Below are positions 23,889 through 36,449 of a DNA stretch of 62,821 bases, in pieces. How positions within the stretch are numbered: the stretch's first letter is position 1; every line of letters begins with the position of its first letter. Both the position numbers and the translations under genes were made by a program. Below the pieces are notes generated by a model that was not told the origin of the DNA, ran no database searches, and saw only the letters and a list, made by a program, of their open reading frames with translations. The stretch is from Ministeria vibrans ATCC 50519. Lineage: Eukaryota > Protista > Filasterea. The stretch spans positions 1 through 62,821 of the forward strand of contig CALSCP010000348.1 of the NCBI GenBank assembly GCA_943704425.1, read 5' to 3'.

Positions 23889-25120
23889 TTAAAGGTTTGG
23901 GTTTGTCTTCTTGGCGAGATAGCGCGTGGAGACGGCGCGCCAGTTGACAATGTCCCACATGGCCTGCAGGTACGCCACGCGCTTGTTGGTGTACTGAAGG
24001 TAGTACGCATGCTACACAGAGAAGGGAGTGAGGCGGTGCTCGTTGTGTGTAGTTTTGTATGTGTGTGGATATATGCATGTGTGTATGAATGACTGAGTGT
24101 GAGGGTTCCTCTCTCTCACTTTGTTTCTTTCTCCTCTCTCTTTGTGTATGCGTGTCTCATGTACCTCCCAACAGTCAATGCCCAGCAGTGGATACGCTTT
24201 CCACGTCAGATCCAGTGGGTCTTGGTTGGCCGTCACAAACACATCCAGTTTGTTGTCCTTGAGCCCCTACTCCTCGCAGAATAAAAATGAGTCTCTCAAT
24301 CACGTTCGCTCTATCTCACACTCACCAGCCAAACCCATCCCGATCCCATAATTCCGGCACCCTGCTTGTTCATCTTCTCTTTCAGAGCCTCCACTGACCC
24401 AAACGTCTTCTCAATGTCCTTCTTCAAATCCTCGGCTGCACAAAAACACACGCACACAGAGATGAGACATCAGGCGAGTCTTTTTCTCTTTTTCTCTTAC
24501 TGTCATCAAAAAACTCGCCTCCTCCCTTTCCCTTGGGCGCCAAGCAGTCCCAGAAGATGGTGTGGTTGATGTGTCCGCCTGCACAGAAGAGGTCAAGCGA
24601 GACGAGGCAACCATCGACGTACCAATGTTGAAGTGAAGCAGACGCATCACGTCGACCTTCTGATCGTGTTTGCCAGCCTTCTGCTCAGACACAACGACAG
24701 CATGAGAAAGGCCCTAAAGCAGAGGAGGGTGTGCTACACATGGGTGGTACTTACATCGAGTGCGTTGAATTCGTCCTGCAAGAGCAAAGAGCACAAGTCA
24801 CAAGTCAGTGCGACGCCACTTGGCAAACAAATGTGCCTACCGCAAATTTGTTGGCGTTGTCGACGTACGTCTGGTGATGGCCGTTGTAGTGGAGCGACAT
24901 GATCTCTTTGGAGATGGTTGGCTCGAGCGCATCGAGGCTGTACGACAGCGAGGGCAGCGAGTAGTTTGACTACAAAAGGACACATCGTCTTAGGGCTGTG
25001 CTGGCCTTTGCACGGCCGCCTTACGTCGATGCAGCGCGTGGCCGAGGTCGACAGGGCAGCCTTGGTCACAAGAGAGCGCGAGACGGTCGCCGCAAGGCGC
25101 GTTCGGATGGCAGAGAGCAT
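23889..25120 (-). CDS. SOD2: Mitochondrial Mn superoxide dismutase; many short exons
   Basis: Arg/Ser-rich presequence; [63 protein letters not shown]. Confidence 0.95.
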
Positions 25121-25381
25121 ATCAAAAGAAAGATGATAAAAAAGTGTGATTTTGATTTGACAATTTTGTAGTTTCTACTTTCAAGATGATCAACTCCCAT
25201 GATCGTGCGTGAGCTACTGATTACTGTCAGCTGCACAGCACTGTGCCTTGCCAGGGCCCACTTGAATGTTTCCTATACTATTTCTTTTTTTAACACTTTG
25301 TAGATATTGAGTTCCTGTGTCATGAGTTGTCAGAGTTGAATGTTGAATGTTGCTGAGTTCACTCTTTTTAATCGGTTTCCC

Positions 25382-26776
25382 ATGTCAGACCCTAAGCTGT
25401 TTCCCGACCTCAACGACACGGATTCACACGTGACGGAGGTTGAGAGTCTGTGTGTGCAATGCGAAGAGCAGGTTTGGCGCTGTGGGGCTGTGGCGCGTGT
25501 GATGTGTGGCTGACTTGGCTGACTTGCCCTTCTTCGCACTTCAGGGTGTCACGCGAATGCTGCTGACACGCATCCCCCACTTCCGCGAAGTTGTTGTCAT
25601 GGCGTTTACCTGTCCGCACTGCCACTTCCGTTCGAGCGAGGTCCAGCCCGCGTCGACAATTCAGGTGCGTCGTGTGAGAGAATTGCTCAATCGCCCACTG
25701 ACCCCCGCCGCAGCCCAGGGGCGCCCGAATCACCACCAAGATCACCACTGCCGCCGACCTGAACCGCCAAGTCCTCAAGGTGCGCCTTAAATCCACTCCC
25801 ACGCGCGTCCTTGACTCTTTCCTTTGCAGAATAACAGTGCGACTGTGCGCATTCCCGAACTCGACTTTGAGATTCCGCCAACGACGCAAAATGGAATTCT
25901 GACGACGGTCGAGGGTATTGTCAGCAATGCAATTGAGGGATTGGCCAGTCAGCAGGAGGCGCGACGCGAAGCGCACCCTGACGTGGCGCAGAAGCTCGAT
26001 GCCTTCTTGGAGCGCATGCGCGCACTGCTCGCCCTCGAGAGCTCCTTCACCCTCATTGTCGACGATCCGTCTGGGAACAGCCACGTGGAGAGCCTGACGG
26101 CCCCTGCAGTAGATCCAGCAATGAACACGACGACGTACATTCGGACGCGCGCACAGTGTGAACTGCTAGGCATTGGCGGAGGCACGGAGGACAACACGGA
26201 CGCGAGCAACGCCACGGGCACTGCAGCAGGTCAGGCAGCGGGGGCAGTGCAGGTGGATCAAAGCCGCTTGTCACACGACGAGGTGGTGAGCATCCCATCG
26301 CACTGCCCATCCTGTGCTGCGCCCGTCGATGTGAAGCTCAAGCTCTTCGACGTGCCCCACTTCAAAGTGCGTTTCATTCGATTTATCACTTTGTTTCTTT
26401 TTCACTTCTCTCTCTCTCACTTTGTTTTTTTCTCACTCCTCTATCTCTCTCTCTGACACTCATACTTGTATATACCCGTAGGATGTGGTGATTATGGCTG
26501 TGACGTGCGAGGCATGCGGGCACCGGTCAAACGAGGTGAAGAGTGGCGGGGCGGTATCGGCGAAGGGACGGCGGGTATGCCTGCACGTGCTGGGTGAGGA
26601 CGACCTCAACCGTGATGTACTCAAGTCCGACACTGCTATGGTGCGTGTGGAGGAGATTGGTCTTGAGTGTGTGCCAGGGACGCTGGGCGGTGCCTTTACG
26701 ACAGTTGAGGTAAGTGACAGTGGCACTTGGGTTGAGTTCGACACCTTGTATAGACAGCTCTCCGGTTATGGGTGTG

Positions 26777-26817
<41 letters not shown>

Positions 26818-27218
26818 AGTCTTGTCCATCTCTCACAGCATCTGCTCTTGTTGGCTTTTAGGGACTTTTGAGGCAAATTTACGATCAGCTTAAGGAACAG
26901 CACACTCTGTCGACAGGCGACTCTGCGCCCAACACACGCATGGGCGATTTCCTGCGCCAGATGGAGTGCATCATGGACGCCAAAATGCCCTTCCACTTTG
27001 TCCTCGACGACCCTTGTGGCAACAGCTACCTTCAGAATTTGTAGGCTCAGCACGACCGACAACAACAACAACAATGGTTTTGCATCTAACCCTCTTTTCT
27101 TCTGTGTAGGTATGCGCCTGATCCCGACCCCGAGATGACTGTGGAGGAGTATGATCGTACAGACGAGCAGAATGAGGAACTGGGTCTCAACGATATGAAT
27201 GTGGACCATTACGATTAA
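25382..27218 (+). CDS. ZPR1: Zinc finger protein ZPR1; multi-exon
   Basis: Two modules: [31 protein letters not shown]; [50 protein letters not shown]. Confidence 0.96.
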
Positions 27219-27279
27219 ATAAACAAACCTTCCAATTCCAACTCCCAAACACAAAACACAAATGCACATTTCGCGCACA

Positions 27280-27892
27280 TCAGCCGCTGCATTGAATCTC
27301 TCCTGTCCACCACGAAATGGTAAGGCCACCAACGACTCCCTGGAGAAATGTTGCGACCAGGAAGTAGGCAAAGAGGTAGAAGGGGGCGCGGAAGGTGCCG
27401 TAATCGATGTGGATGCCGACGAAGGCGCACGCCCACCATGTGGAGAGAACGAACACCACGGCACGCGTCCACGGGAGCCCAAAGAGCGCATCGTCGTATT
27501 GCGAAAGCACTGGCTTGCCGTATACTTCGTACAGGAAGGTAGCGAGCAGCCAAGAAGGGAACGTCGAGAGCAGCGGAATTGCCATTCGCGGGTCCTGCGC
27601 GAGCAAGGGTGAGGGTCGCAGGGGCATGTCCAACACGTACCGTATGCTTACGAACCGCATCGCACGTCTCAAATGTCTTTGGAATCCCTGCGGAGAGCGA
27701 TCCAATTGTTTACCTCGACAACACCCAACCGGGGAGGAGGGAGGGAGGGGGTCCTCCACACGTACACCACCTACCTGGCAAAAGGACGGAAACAACGACA
27801 TGGAGGACCAGGTTGAAGACGAACACGGCAAGACCGGCGGTCAGGCCGCACTTGAGGAGGTCGGCCGTGTCGAGGTGAGCGAGAGGGTGCAT
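27280..27892 (-). CDS. Uncharacterised small membrane protein (~4 TM); 2 exons
   Basis: MHPLAHLDTADLLKCGLTAGLAVFVFNLVLHVVVSVLLP, a GT-AG intron (~27713-27774), then a hydrophobic ORF ending GLTISWWTGEIQCSG*. Confidence 0.55.
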
Positions 27893-28035
27893 GACGACTG
27901 ATGGGCAAAACTTGAAGAAGAAAATTGTGTCTCAAAGTTCAAAGTTCAAACTCTCAATGTCGTAAATAAACAAAAATAATCGAGAGTATGTACAAGCTGT
28001 TAGATAAAGAAGAAGACAACAAAAAAAAGGGTGTG

Positions 28036-28152
<117 letters not shown>

Positions 28153-28186
28153 GTATTGTGATAGAATAAGGTGATATAGAAGATGA

Positions 28187-29792
28187 TTAGTTTGAGATGG
28201 CAGAAACATTGACAGAGACGTTGCGAGACGTCTGTCGGGACGGAGGAACACGGGAGCGTACAAGGGGAGCACGCTCGGCGTCAAGGCGGTCACGCGACAG
28301 CACCGACTTCTACACAAGGACGAACGGTGGAGAATAAGTGTTGAACTTCTCTTTCTCTTTCTCTCCCCTCTCCGTCTCTCTATTTTTTTTTCTTCTCTCT
28401 CTTGGGTACGTCGTGGAGGATGTAGAAGATGAGGACGAGCGCCATGTACTCGAGGACGAGAAAGTAAAAGAGAGGAAGCCACCAGGTGTACTTGAGGATG
28501 TCGTACGCCGCAAGCACAACCATCACCGCACGCGCTGCAAATGTCACTGCCACCACCGCAGTGCATCGAGTCACCTACACAGTGCACTCAATCAACGACG
28601 CACACGCACACACACTATCTGTTTATCGATGTACCTTTCGGACAAGCGCCGGTTGAGTGCCCACTGTCTCAAGCTTGTTGTACAGCGAGATGCCGTAAAC
28701 AAGGAAGGCGATGGCGGCCACAATATACAGCGCGGCAATCAGATCGAGCACCACCAGTTCAATCTGGGTGGGCTTTTCTTGCGTCGGATCGTCCACCGCT
28801 GGTCGTTCGAGCGCAAAGTCAAGGATGGTCAGGATCCCAAAGACGGTGTAGAATATCGCGTTGATAATGAAGAAGGCTGGCTTGAACCTGTTCGCCAGAG
28901 AAGGCATGAGCGAACACCGTTCGTGTGCTCTCTCTCTCTCTATCACTTTCTTTCTTTCTCTCTCTCTATCACTTTGTTTTTCTCTCTCTATCACTTTGCT
29001 TCTCTCTCTGTCTCTCTGTCTCTCTCTGTCTCTGTCTCTGTCACTCTCTCTATCACTTTGTTTCTTTCTCTCTGTCTCTGTCTCTCTCTGTCTCTCTGTC
29101 TCTCTGTCTCTCTCTGTCTCTCTGTCTCTCTCTGTCTCTCTGTCTCTCTGTCTCTCTGTCTCTCTCTGTCTCTGTCTCTGTCTCTGTCTCTGTCTCTGTC
29201 TCTGTCTCTGTCTCTCTCCCTCTCACGTACCGGTGGATCATGGTTGTCGTTTCGGCCTTGCTGAAGCCAGCGTGGTAGATTTCAACCCAGCAGAGGAGAA
29301 GAATGAGGAGCACCGTGAAGAAGATGTACGAGGGAAGCACATTGAGAAAGAACATGGCCTGCAACGATCGAACAGTTGTTATGATATGATAATAATTTAG
29401 ACGAGTTCAAAGGGAATGTCATCGGCAGCGAAAGAGGCGCTCGCACACACTCTTACCTGGCCGTTGACGGAGACGTTTTCATTGACATTGTATGCCAGGG
29501 CTATTAACCAGTAGATGATGCGCACTGCAGGGAGAACGAGCGCCGCGACAGCGAGAAAAGGAGAGAGACTGAGTTTTCGCTTGTTTTTTACTGTCTTCTG
29601 TGACATACACAAAAGGCCCGTGGAAAGGAACAGGTGGAAGAGTTTCTGCCAGGAGGCGGGCACATTGTTGCGTATGAGTTTGAACAGTTGGCGCAGCGAG
29701 AAGTAAAGCAAAATGGCGTAGAAAAATGTCAGAATGACATTGACGGCAATCCACTCTGCCTGCGCTGTGCCTGACAAGATCACGTGTGTCAT
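28187..29792 (-). CDS. 7-TM THH1/TOM1/TOM3 (DUF1084, GPR137-related) membrane protein; multi-exon
   Basis: WQKLFHLFL, VRIIYW, FLNVLPSYIFFTVLLILLLCWVEIYH, FLVYGISLY, VTFAARA, YFLVLEY. Confidence 0.78.
28928..29225. repeat. (CT)n/(CTGTCT)n satellite with TATCACTTTG units in an intron
   Basis: Directly visible. Confidence 0.9.
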
Positions 29793-30060
29793 GGGGGAGG
29801 CAAGCGCTAACAAATAATATTATAAGAATTTAATAATAATAATATTTTCAAATTTTCAATTTTCAATAGTGTGAATAAAGGATGAAGAAGAAGACATTTC
29901 CAATATTTTAGTGAATAGACTGAAAATTGTGTGAATTTACTATTAATTTTAGTGTAAAGTTACAGTCACAGAGAGTCGGGGGAGTCAGTACAGTATGTAT
30001 ATTGTATAGGGTATACAGTGGATAGTTGGCTCAGTGGCACAACTCAGTCAATGCGACAAG

Positions 30061-31206
30061 TCACAAGTCCAACTTGAGCAATTTGGAGGGGTTGCCAAAG
30101 GAGACGGATGCGGCGGAATCGCAGTGTACTTCCGAGTGGCTCTGTACCGTCAGTCCTTCGCCCGTTGTGTGCACTGGCGCGACTGGTGGTGTATCTCCTT
30201 CCCATTCGGCGTCTTCTGGCTTGCGTTTGAGGCGTGGCTCAGAATCAGACTGAAAAAAGAGAGTCAACCACACCATGATGAACAACACAAACACACCCAA
30301 CAGTCGCTTACCCATCCGACCAGAATGTCACACGTCAGTCCCGGAATAAAATGGGAAAACAATGTCGGACACAACGCAGAAAGAGCTACAGGCAAATGTT
30401 AGCACATAGTAGTCCAGACGCACACTCAGTGGTTTACAGGAATCCAGCGCATAGAGGTGCTGAAGGGCACTTGCAAGGTACGGCACGGTCGCTACAAACA
30501 TGCGCATGAAAAAAGAACACACGATAAAATGAAGAAGGGCTGATGTGCATCATGCGTACGGGTGAGTGTGGCGGCAGCAAGGGCGTCACGGAGGACAAGT
30601 TGGCCGCGCGGGAGGCAGACGACTTCGCGCACGAAGCACTCGGAGGCGAGTTGACGCAGGGTCGTCGCGCGCACTTTGTTCGTGTACTCCTTGTCTACGT
30701 GTCGAAAGAGTCCTTCAACCCCGGCGAGCGCATTGAAAAACTGCGCTGTGAGTCGGGCAAAATCGGCAGCAAGTCTAAGAGAGAAGCGTCAGCGGCTGTG
30801 ACTGCCCCAGTTGCCACGAATAGTACTGTAGGGGGTTGTCTGTGCCCCCGCTGTACAGATGGGACGCCATCTCAATGCACCGGGCATGCACAAGCCCCAG
30901 GACGAGGTCGAGGAGGCGTTCCGCAAAGCCATATACTGTACTCTTAAACACACTTCTCAAAAGTTCCTCTTTGCGGACGTTTGACAGCACGGACGCAGTC
31001 GATTCACACGGCTCCAACGCCAATAGCTCTAATATGGTCTGTTGGAGTGGCGGCCAGTGTTGTTGCTACGGAAGATATTGTCAGGTGTAATAATATAATA
31101 TTACGATAATAGGAAAACACACACGCACTTCAAATTCCACAGGCGTCACCGATTGACGCATCAACGATGGAACCACAAGGCGCAGTGGCATGCCTCCATT
31201 ACTCAT
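30061..31206 (-). CDS. CACUL1: CDK2-associated cullin-domain protein (CACUL1-like); multi-exon
   Basis: QHWPPLQQTILELL..EELLRSVFKS, QFFNALAGVEGLFRHVDKEY, LQHLYALD, CPTLFSHFIPGL resemble the CACUL1 motifs YWPKLDGAIDQLL, LFIYMNKFY, GLYTLR, PTLFSKFIP. Confidence 0.65.
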
Positions 31207-31378
31207 AGAAAAAAAAATGATTATTATTGAGAATTTAGTGAATTGTTGATCCGTGATCGTAGGACGTAGCGTCACTCACTCACTACCGTGAGTGAGTCGT
31301 AGTGAGTGAGTCAAACGGATTATTAAGTCTCAGAATTAATACAAAATTAATAATAATAATATTATTGCATTAAGATAA

Positions 31379-34300
31379 TTACATGTCGATAATCAAACGC
31401 GCCGTCTCGAGCGATAGACACACTTTGTCGGGAGCACGGAAGACTACGTCGGGCAAATGGGAGCACGTAAGAGTGATGGGAGCAGTGGCAATCCTGAGTG
31501 CCAGCCAAGTGGCGTCGGGGTCGACATGGGCGAGAGCCTGGGCGGCAGCAAGAGCAGCGGGACGCCAACAGGCCACGCGTGTGTGGCTGTCGGCGTGAGC
31601 AAGCCAGGGGAGCAGTGCGGCAAGCAAGGCATCGTGGTCTTCAGCGTCGAGACGCATGTGTCGTGCAAGTTGCTCCACCAGGGTGAGTGTCTCGAGAACA
31701 AGCTGCTGTGCACGCGAGTGGGCCTTACGCGCCTCCCCTTGCGACACTCCCGCAAGCACACGCACCACAGCTGGAATCACATCGCGAGCACGGGTGCGCA
31801 TAAAATCGCCACAGTGGCGCAAGAGAACTGCGAGACAACGGAAGAGAGCGGTGCGTGTGACCAAGTCGGTGTCGGCGAGCACAGGTCGCAGCGACGACCA
31901 CAGGGTGTGGACGAGAGGCAGGAGGGCGTCGGCGCGCGCACTGCGCCCAAACAAATCAAACCCTGTTGCCATCAGCGCAACCACGCGACGTCGCCCGGCC
32001 ACTCGCGCGTCGCTCGACAGCGCATGTCGGCTCTTAAGCATCACGCGACGCACCAACACAAGCTCACGTGGCAGAGCTTTCTCTTGCGCACCATCCTCTT
32101 CTTCTTCTTCTTCCTCCTCCTCCTCCAGTTCCTCATTGCTGGGCTGTGCATTCTCTTCCTCTTCGTCCTCCGCTGCGCTGCGCTCTTCCCTTGTCACATC
32201 CTGCTGCATCTGTCGATAGTACATCTGCATTGCGTGTGCGTACCCCACCGGCTCATTGACCGCCTGTGCGTCCCATGGCCACCGTGCCATTGTGGCTGCC
32301 TCATCTTTAGGCTCATCCAACCCCAACCCCGTTTGCTTTCCCTCCGCCTCGTGCTCTGCGTGTGCCCCTGCTGCCTCCACAAGGGCCTGAAGCACACGCA
32401 AGTAGGCATGGGCGGTACCGCGCTGTCCGTCGAGCGCCGCAAAAATCTCATCGAGAGTGTCCTCGACGAGAGGCACGACGGCCGCACCGGCACGGCGGAG
32501 GAGCTCGCAAAGAATGAGGGGTGCCTCGGGATGTGCGGTAGCGGCAAGACGGATGCGACGAGCAATCTGGTCGACAATGTAGTCTGCGTTGGCGTCGAGG
32601 AGCGCCGCAAGAGAGGGCGTAGTGGGATCGGCGTCGGCGAGGCGTTGAAGGGCGTAGACGGCAGCCCAGCTGACAATGGCGGTGGTGGACGCAGCGAGTT
32701 GGAGGAGTGGGTAGAGAGCACGAACAAGATGGCGGGCGTAGTCGCGAGGAAGAGTCACGAGGGAGGCCAGGGCGAGTTGAAGGCCGTCACAAGCAAGGCA
32801 CTGGAGAAGAGGAGGCAGGGAAGAGGGGAGGGCCGGAGCGGCAAGGGCGAGGTAGATGGGAAAGGCACGGAGAACGACCGGGCGTATGCTCGACGACGAG
32901 ACACTGCTGTTGGTGGTGGTGGTGGTGAGAAGCATGTTGAGGAGGAGAATGGGGGCGGGCAGAGAAGGCTGGCGCCGGTGTTCGTCGATGAAAAGGTCGG
33001 TAATCGCAGTGCAATCGCCGTGAGTGGCTAGCTCGTGCACAATGGACTCGATGGCCGTGAGGATGCGGGGGTCACGAAAGTGAGTAAAGCGTCGTAGGTG
33101 AGGACGCCCGCGCGTGGCCAACGATGCGTCGGTGCGCGCAACGGTCTCGGCAGCGTGCACTGCGTCTGAGCCGGCGGGCGTGGTTTCGAGCATCAAAAGG
33201 TGATCGGGGGCGGTAGGCAGCTCCAAGAGACACAGGAGGGCGTCGGCAAGACGACGGAGCAACGGGGAGTTGCCGCGAGTGAGAGTCAGCAGTCGCGCGC
33301 GCAAAAGACGGCAGTAGTTGCGCACGAGTTGGACGGCTGCAAGTAGTTGTGGGTCGTCGATGGAGGTGCGGGCGAGACGTGGAAGGCGCGTTGCCTGCTC
33401 GTAAAGACCCTCTTCGAGTTGTGCAGGCACTGTGTTGGCCGCGACGGCCTCGTCGTCGTCATCACCCGTGGCGTTCTGCACGAGAGTGGCGACGAGAGTG
33501 CCCAGGGCGGGCGCCAAAGACCATCGACAGTGGTGAAGCAGTGAAGTGGCAAGGCGCGACGCAGCCGTGCGCACGGTTGGGTGGTCGTGTGTGCGCGCGA
33601 GAGCACACACACGTTCAAGCATGGGCACGAGTCGCGACTGCACTTGCTGCAGCCACGCTTCGGTCTTGAGTGCTGCATCAGCACTCTTCGTGGTCTCCGA
33701 CTCTCGTTGTTGCTCGTGGTCAAGATGGGCCTTTAGTGCAACAAAGGTTGTAAGTTGCGGAGGCACGGGAGACGTGTCGAAGGAGGAGTCGGCGAGCGCG
33801 GCGGGCACCAGGTCACCGAGAGCAAGAGTACACTCGGCAATGAGGGCGTGTCCGATGCGCTGATCGCCTGTGACGGTCGCCGACAGTACACTCGCGGTCG
33901 CCGGTAGAAACGCAGCAATAGTGCGACTTTTATGTAGGATTTGGCTGACAATCAGTCGAATGAGACACACGGCGGTCAGCTTGGCTTTGCGCGAGGCGCC
34001 TTTGGGCGCACGGAGGACGTCGAGCAGCGTCGAGAGCACATGACCCAGCGACTCGGCCAAAGACGCATCCTTGGCAAGGGAGTTGATCAGAGTCAAGGCG
34101 AGGCGACGGTCAACGACCGTTGCGTCCTTGTGCGGTGCGTTGGAAGACCGTGCGAGCTGCAGCGGCGTCTGGAAGCACGCGAGGAGGAGCGCACAGAGTG
34201 CGAGCACGGTGGTGTCGTCAAGGTCAGCAAGAGCACGCTCAAGGGCAAACGAGAGACGACTGACGATGCTCAGGAAGTGTCTGGGGTTCAGCGGAGTGCA

Positions 34301-34627
34301 GTGGGCGTCGTCAAGGATCAGTTTGGCCAGGTCGACGGTGCGCGCGCGCACACGCATTCGCAGAGGCACCGCGGACGCCATGGATGCCTCGACGCTCGCC
34401 ACGGGGTCGGTATATTCAAAGCATTGGACGACAAGCGGCAGGGCGTAGGCGAAGATGGGCGTCGCAGCATGGGAGGATTGAAGACGAGCGAGAAGTCTTT
34501 CGACCGTCGCCACAACAATGTCCAGTGCGAACACCACCAGCTCGGAGTTCGCCTCTTGGCCACGTGGTTGACGTAGTGCCGACTCAAGACCAAGCAGGCT
34601 TCCGCGCAGCTCCCCGAGATGCTCCAT
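31379..34627 (-). CDS. TTI1: TELO2-interacting protein 1 (TTT complex), HEAT-repeat, single long exon
   Basis: AAFLPATASVL, HDHPTVR..LLHHCRWSL, NADYIVDQIARRIR, PLVEDTLDEIFAALD, LLPLVHTLW, CGDFMRTR, VDPDATWL. Confidence 0.85.
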   Translation of the reverse strand: MEHLGELRGSLLGLESALRQPRGQEANSELVVFALDIVVATVERLLARLQSSHAATPIFAYALPLVVQCFEYTDPVASVEASMASAVPLRMRVRARTVDLAKLILDDAHCTPLNPRHFLSIVSRLSFALERALADLDDTTVLALCALLLACFQTPLQLARSSNAPHKDATVVDRRLALTLINSLAKDASLAESLGHVLSTLLDVLRAPKGASRKAKLTAVCLIRLIVSQILHKSRTIAAFLPATASVLSATVTGDQRIGHALIAECTLALGDLVPAALADSSFDTSPVPPQLTTFVALKAHLDHEQQRESETTKSADAALKTEAWLQQVQSRLVPMLERVCALARTHDHPTVRTAASRLATSLLHHCRWSLAPALGTLVATLVQNATGDDDDEAVAANTVPAQLEEGLYEQATRLPRLARTSIDDPQLLAAVQLVRNYCRLLRARLLTLTRGNSPLLRRLADALLCLLELPTAPDHLLMLETTPAGSDAVHAAETVARTDASLATRGRPHLRRFTHFRDPRILTAIESIVHELATHGDCTAITDLFIDEHRRQPSLPAPILLLNMLLTTTTTNSSVSSSSIRPVVLRAFPIYLALAAPALPSSLPPLLQCLACDGLQLALASLVTLPRDYARHLVRALYPLLQLAASTTAIVSWAAVYALQRLADADPTTPSLAALLDANADYIVDQIARRIRLAATAHPEAPLILCELLRRAGAAVVPLVEDTLDEIFAALDGQRGTAHAYLRVLQALVEAAGAHAEHEAEGKQTGLGLDEPKDEAATMARWPWDAQAVNEPVGYAHAMQMYYRQMQQDVTREERSAAEDEEEENAQPSNEELEEEEEEEEEEDGAQEKALPRELVLVRRVMLKSRHALSSDARVAGRRRVVALMATGFDLFGRSARADALLPLVHTLWSSLRPVLADTDLVTRTALFRCLAVLLRHCGDFMRTRARDVIPAVVRVLAGVSQGEARKAHSRAQQLVLETLTLVEQLARHMRLDAEDHDALLAALLPWLAHADSHTRVACWRPAALAAAQALAHVDPDATWLALRIATAPITLTCSHLPDVVFRAPDKVCLSLETARLIIDM

Positions 34628-34831
34628 CAATGAGAATAAGAAAAGAAAAAAATAATCGATCGCATTTTCAACGATTAAAACATAATAGTTATATTACTCA
34701 AAACATGAAAATTAATATGCATAATAATTATAATATTGTTATCAATAGTAATCGAGATTATTGCTAATAATACGTGGTTCATTATGATAATTATATAGTA
34801 ATGCAAAAAAACAAAAGCTTTTTGTTGTTCG

Positions 34832-36197
34832 TCACGTCATCCTACGCACGAAGAACAAAGTCAGATGCAGATTGAAGGAGGGGGAGAAAGAAAAGATCTT
34901 ACGAATAGTCATCGAGAGAGGAGGTTGAGGAGGAGAATGAGTGAGGGCGGTTGCCAAGGGGCGGGACAGTGCGACGGTAGGCGGGGAGGTGGTGGACGCC
35001 GACGGGGGGGAAGGAGGCAAAGGAGAAGGAGTTATTGCGACTGGGAGAGCAGGAGAGAAGGTCGGTACGGGGCGAGCGAGGAGGTGCTGGTGGATAGTGT
35101 TGGGAAGCATGGTGGACTCCGGCGGCGTCGAAGAAGCCCTCGTCGGGAGGAGGAAGAGTGGCGGGTGAGGGGCTGCGTTGTGAGGTGGAGCGAGGTGACG
35201 GAGAGCGCGCTTGATGATGGCGCAAGCCAAGGTGCATCATGACGGGATCAGGTGCGGGTGCACGATAGGTGCTTGGAGAAAGCACTGCGGACGAGTCACT
35301 GTACACGTCCATGGCGATGGACACGTCCACTTGAGAGGGTGATGCGCGTCGGTGCGACTGTTGTTGTTGTTGCTGTTGTTGTTGCTGTTGTTGTTGTTGC
35401 TGTTGTTGTTGCTGTTGTTGTTGTTGTTGTTGTTGTTGTTGCTGTTGATGTTGTTGTTGCTGAGGTTGGTAAGTGGCAAAGTAGGCGTGACGGTTGACCG
35501 AGACGGGGACGGTCGTCGCGTACATTCCAGGCGGAAGAAATGTTGCGCCATGACGAGCACCAACGCGGTTCTTCTCGCGCAGACCCTCCAAGTGCGTGGC
35601 GACCTTGGCAGGAACCGAGCCCCATGAGGAGGCGCGGCGGTGGCTCTAAATAAACCCCAACAAAGTGAGTGTGAGAGACCCTCATCAAACATCACACCAA
35701 AATAATATACTTCAAAAACTTTTCAAACAACAATCGTATCTTTTTTCTTACGGGTGGTGACGCAGTAAACTGTGTCGGCAGTTCCGTTTCATCAACAACT
35801 TCTGCCTCTGCAACGAGTTCAACTTCAAGAGGGATCGTCGAGTAATCCTGATGAAAAAAAAAACATTACGAACAAAAAAAAATTAATAATTATTATGAGC
35901 AAAGAAAAAAAAAAAACGAAAAAAAACACGAAAAAAAAAGTGATATACCGTTACAGCACGTGTGGGGGACGGAGTCGCAGAGCGCTGGCGCTGTGATGAG
36001 ACAGGGGAGGTTGATGAGAGAGGAGCGGGCAGGAGGGAGCCGAGGGAGGCAGTGCGTCGCATGCATTCGTGCTGGAAAGGCAGTGTCAACACGGATGAGA
36101 TGGATTCGGAAGAGGGAAGGAATGTGCAACACGCGAGCGGTGTTGACGCGTACCAGAGGCGACGGGGACCTCGGCGAGCTGTGCCCCGAGCGGCCAT
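34832..36197 (-). CDS. Disordered Ser/Pro/polyQ protein, possibly FAM117/GLCCI1-like; multi-exon, start uncertain
   Basis: In-frame exons: MRRTASLGSLL...-DYSTIPLEV...-SHRRASSWGSVPAKVATHLEGLREKNR-polyQ. Confidence 0.5.
35357..35463 (-). repeat. (CAA/CAG)n polyglutamine tract
   Basis: Over 30 Gln codons, interrupted once by His. Confidence 0.95.
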
Positions 36198-36412
36198 GGC
36201 GAGGAGTGGGGTGAATGGGAAGGAAGCTTTGGTCCTGTCAGGAAAGCGAGAGAGGTGTGAAAAAAAAAAGTGTACGAGAGAGAGAGAGAGAGAGAGAGAG
36301 CGGCGAGACACAGCACGGTTGAAGGCCGCAGGGGGGCGTGGTGTGTGCAGCAGGGTTCTGGGCTGCGCGCCCCGCCCTGCGTCGCGGGCGCATGGATGCG
36401 TAGCTTGAACCA

Positions 36413-36449
<37 letters not shown>

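Noticed and set aside
24326-24360. MnSOD IMGSGW instead of VQGSGW as a specificity change
   Set aside because: The Mn-diagnostic GGH and NQD motifs and all four metal ligands are intact; this position is variable.
6330-27218. Myc regulon cluster (DKC1, RPA43, ZPR1)
   Set aside because: No CACGTG seen in their upstream spacers, and linkage across the 9320-9490 tract is doubtful.
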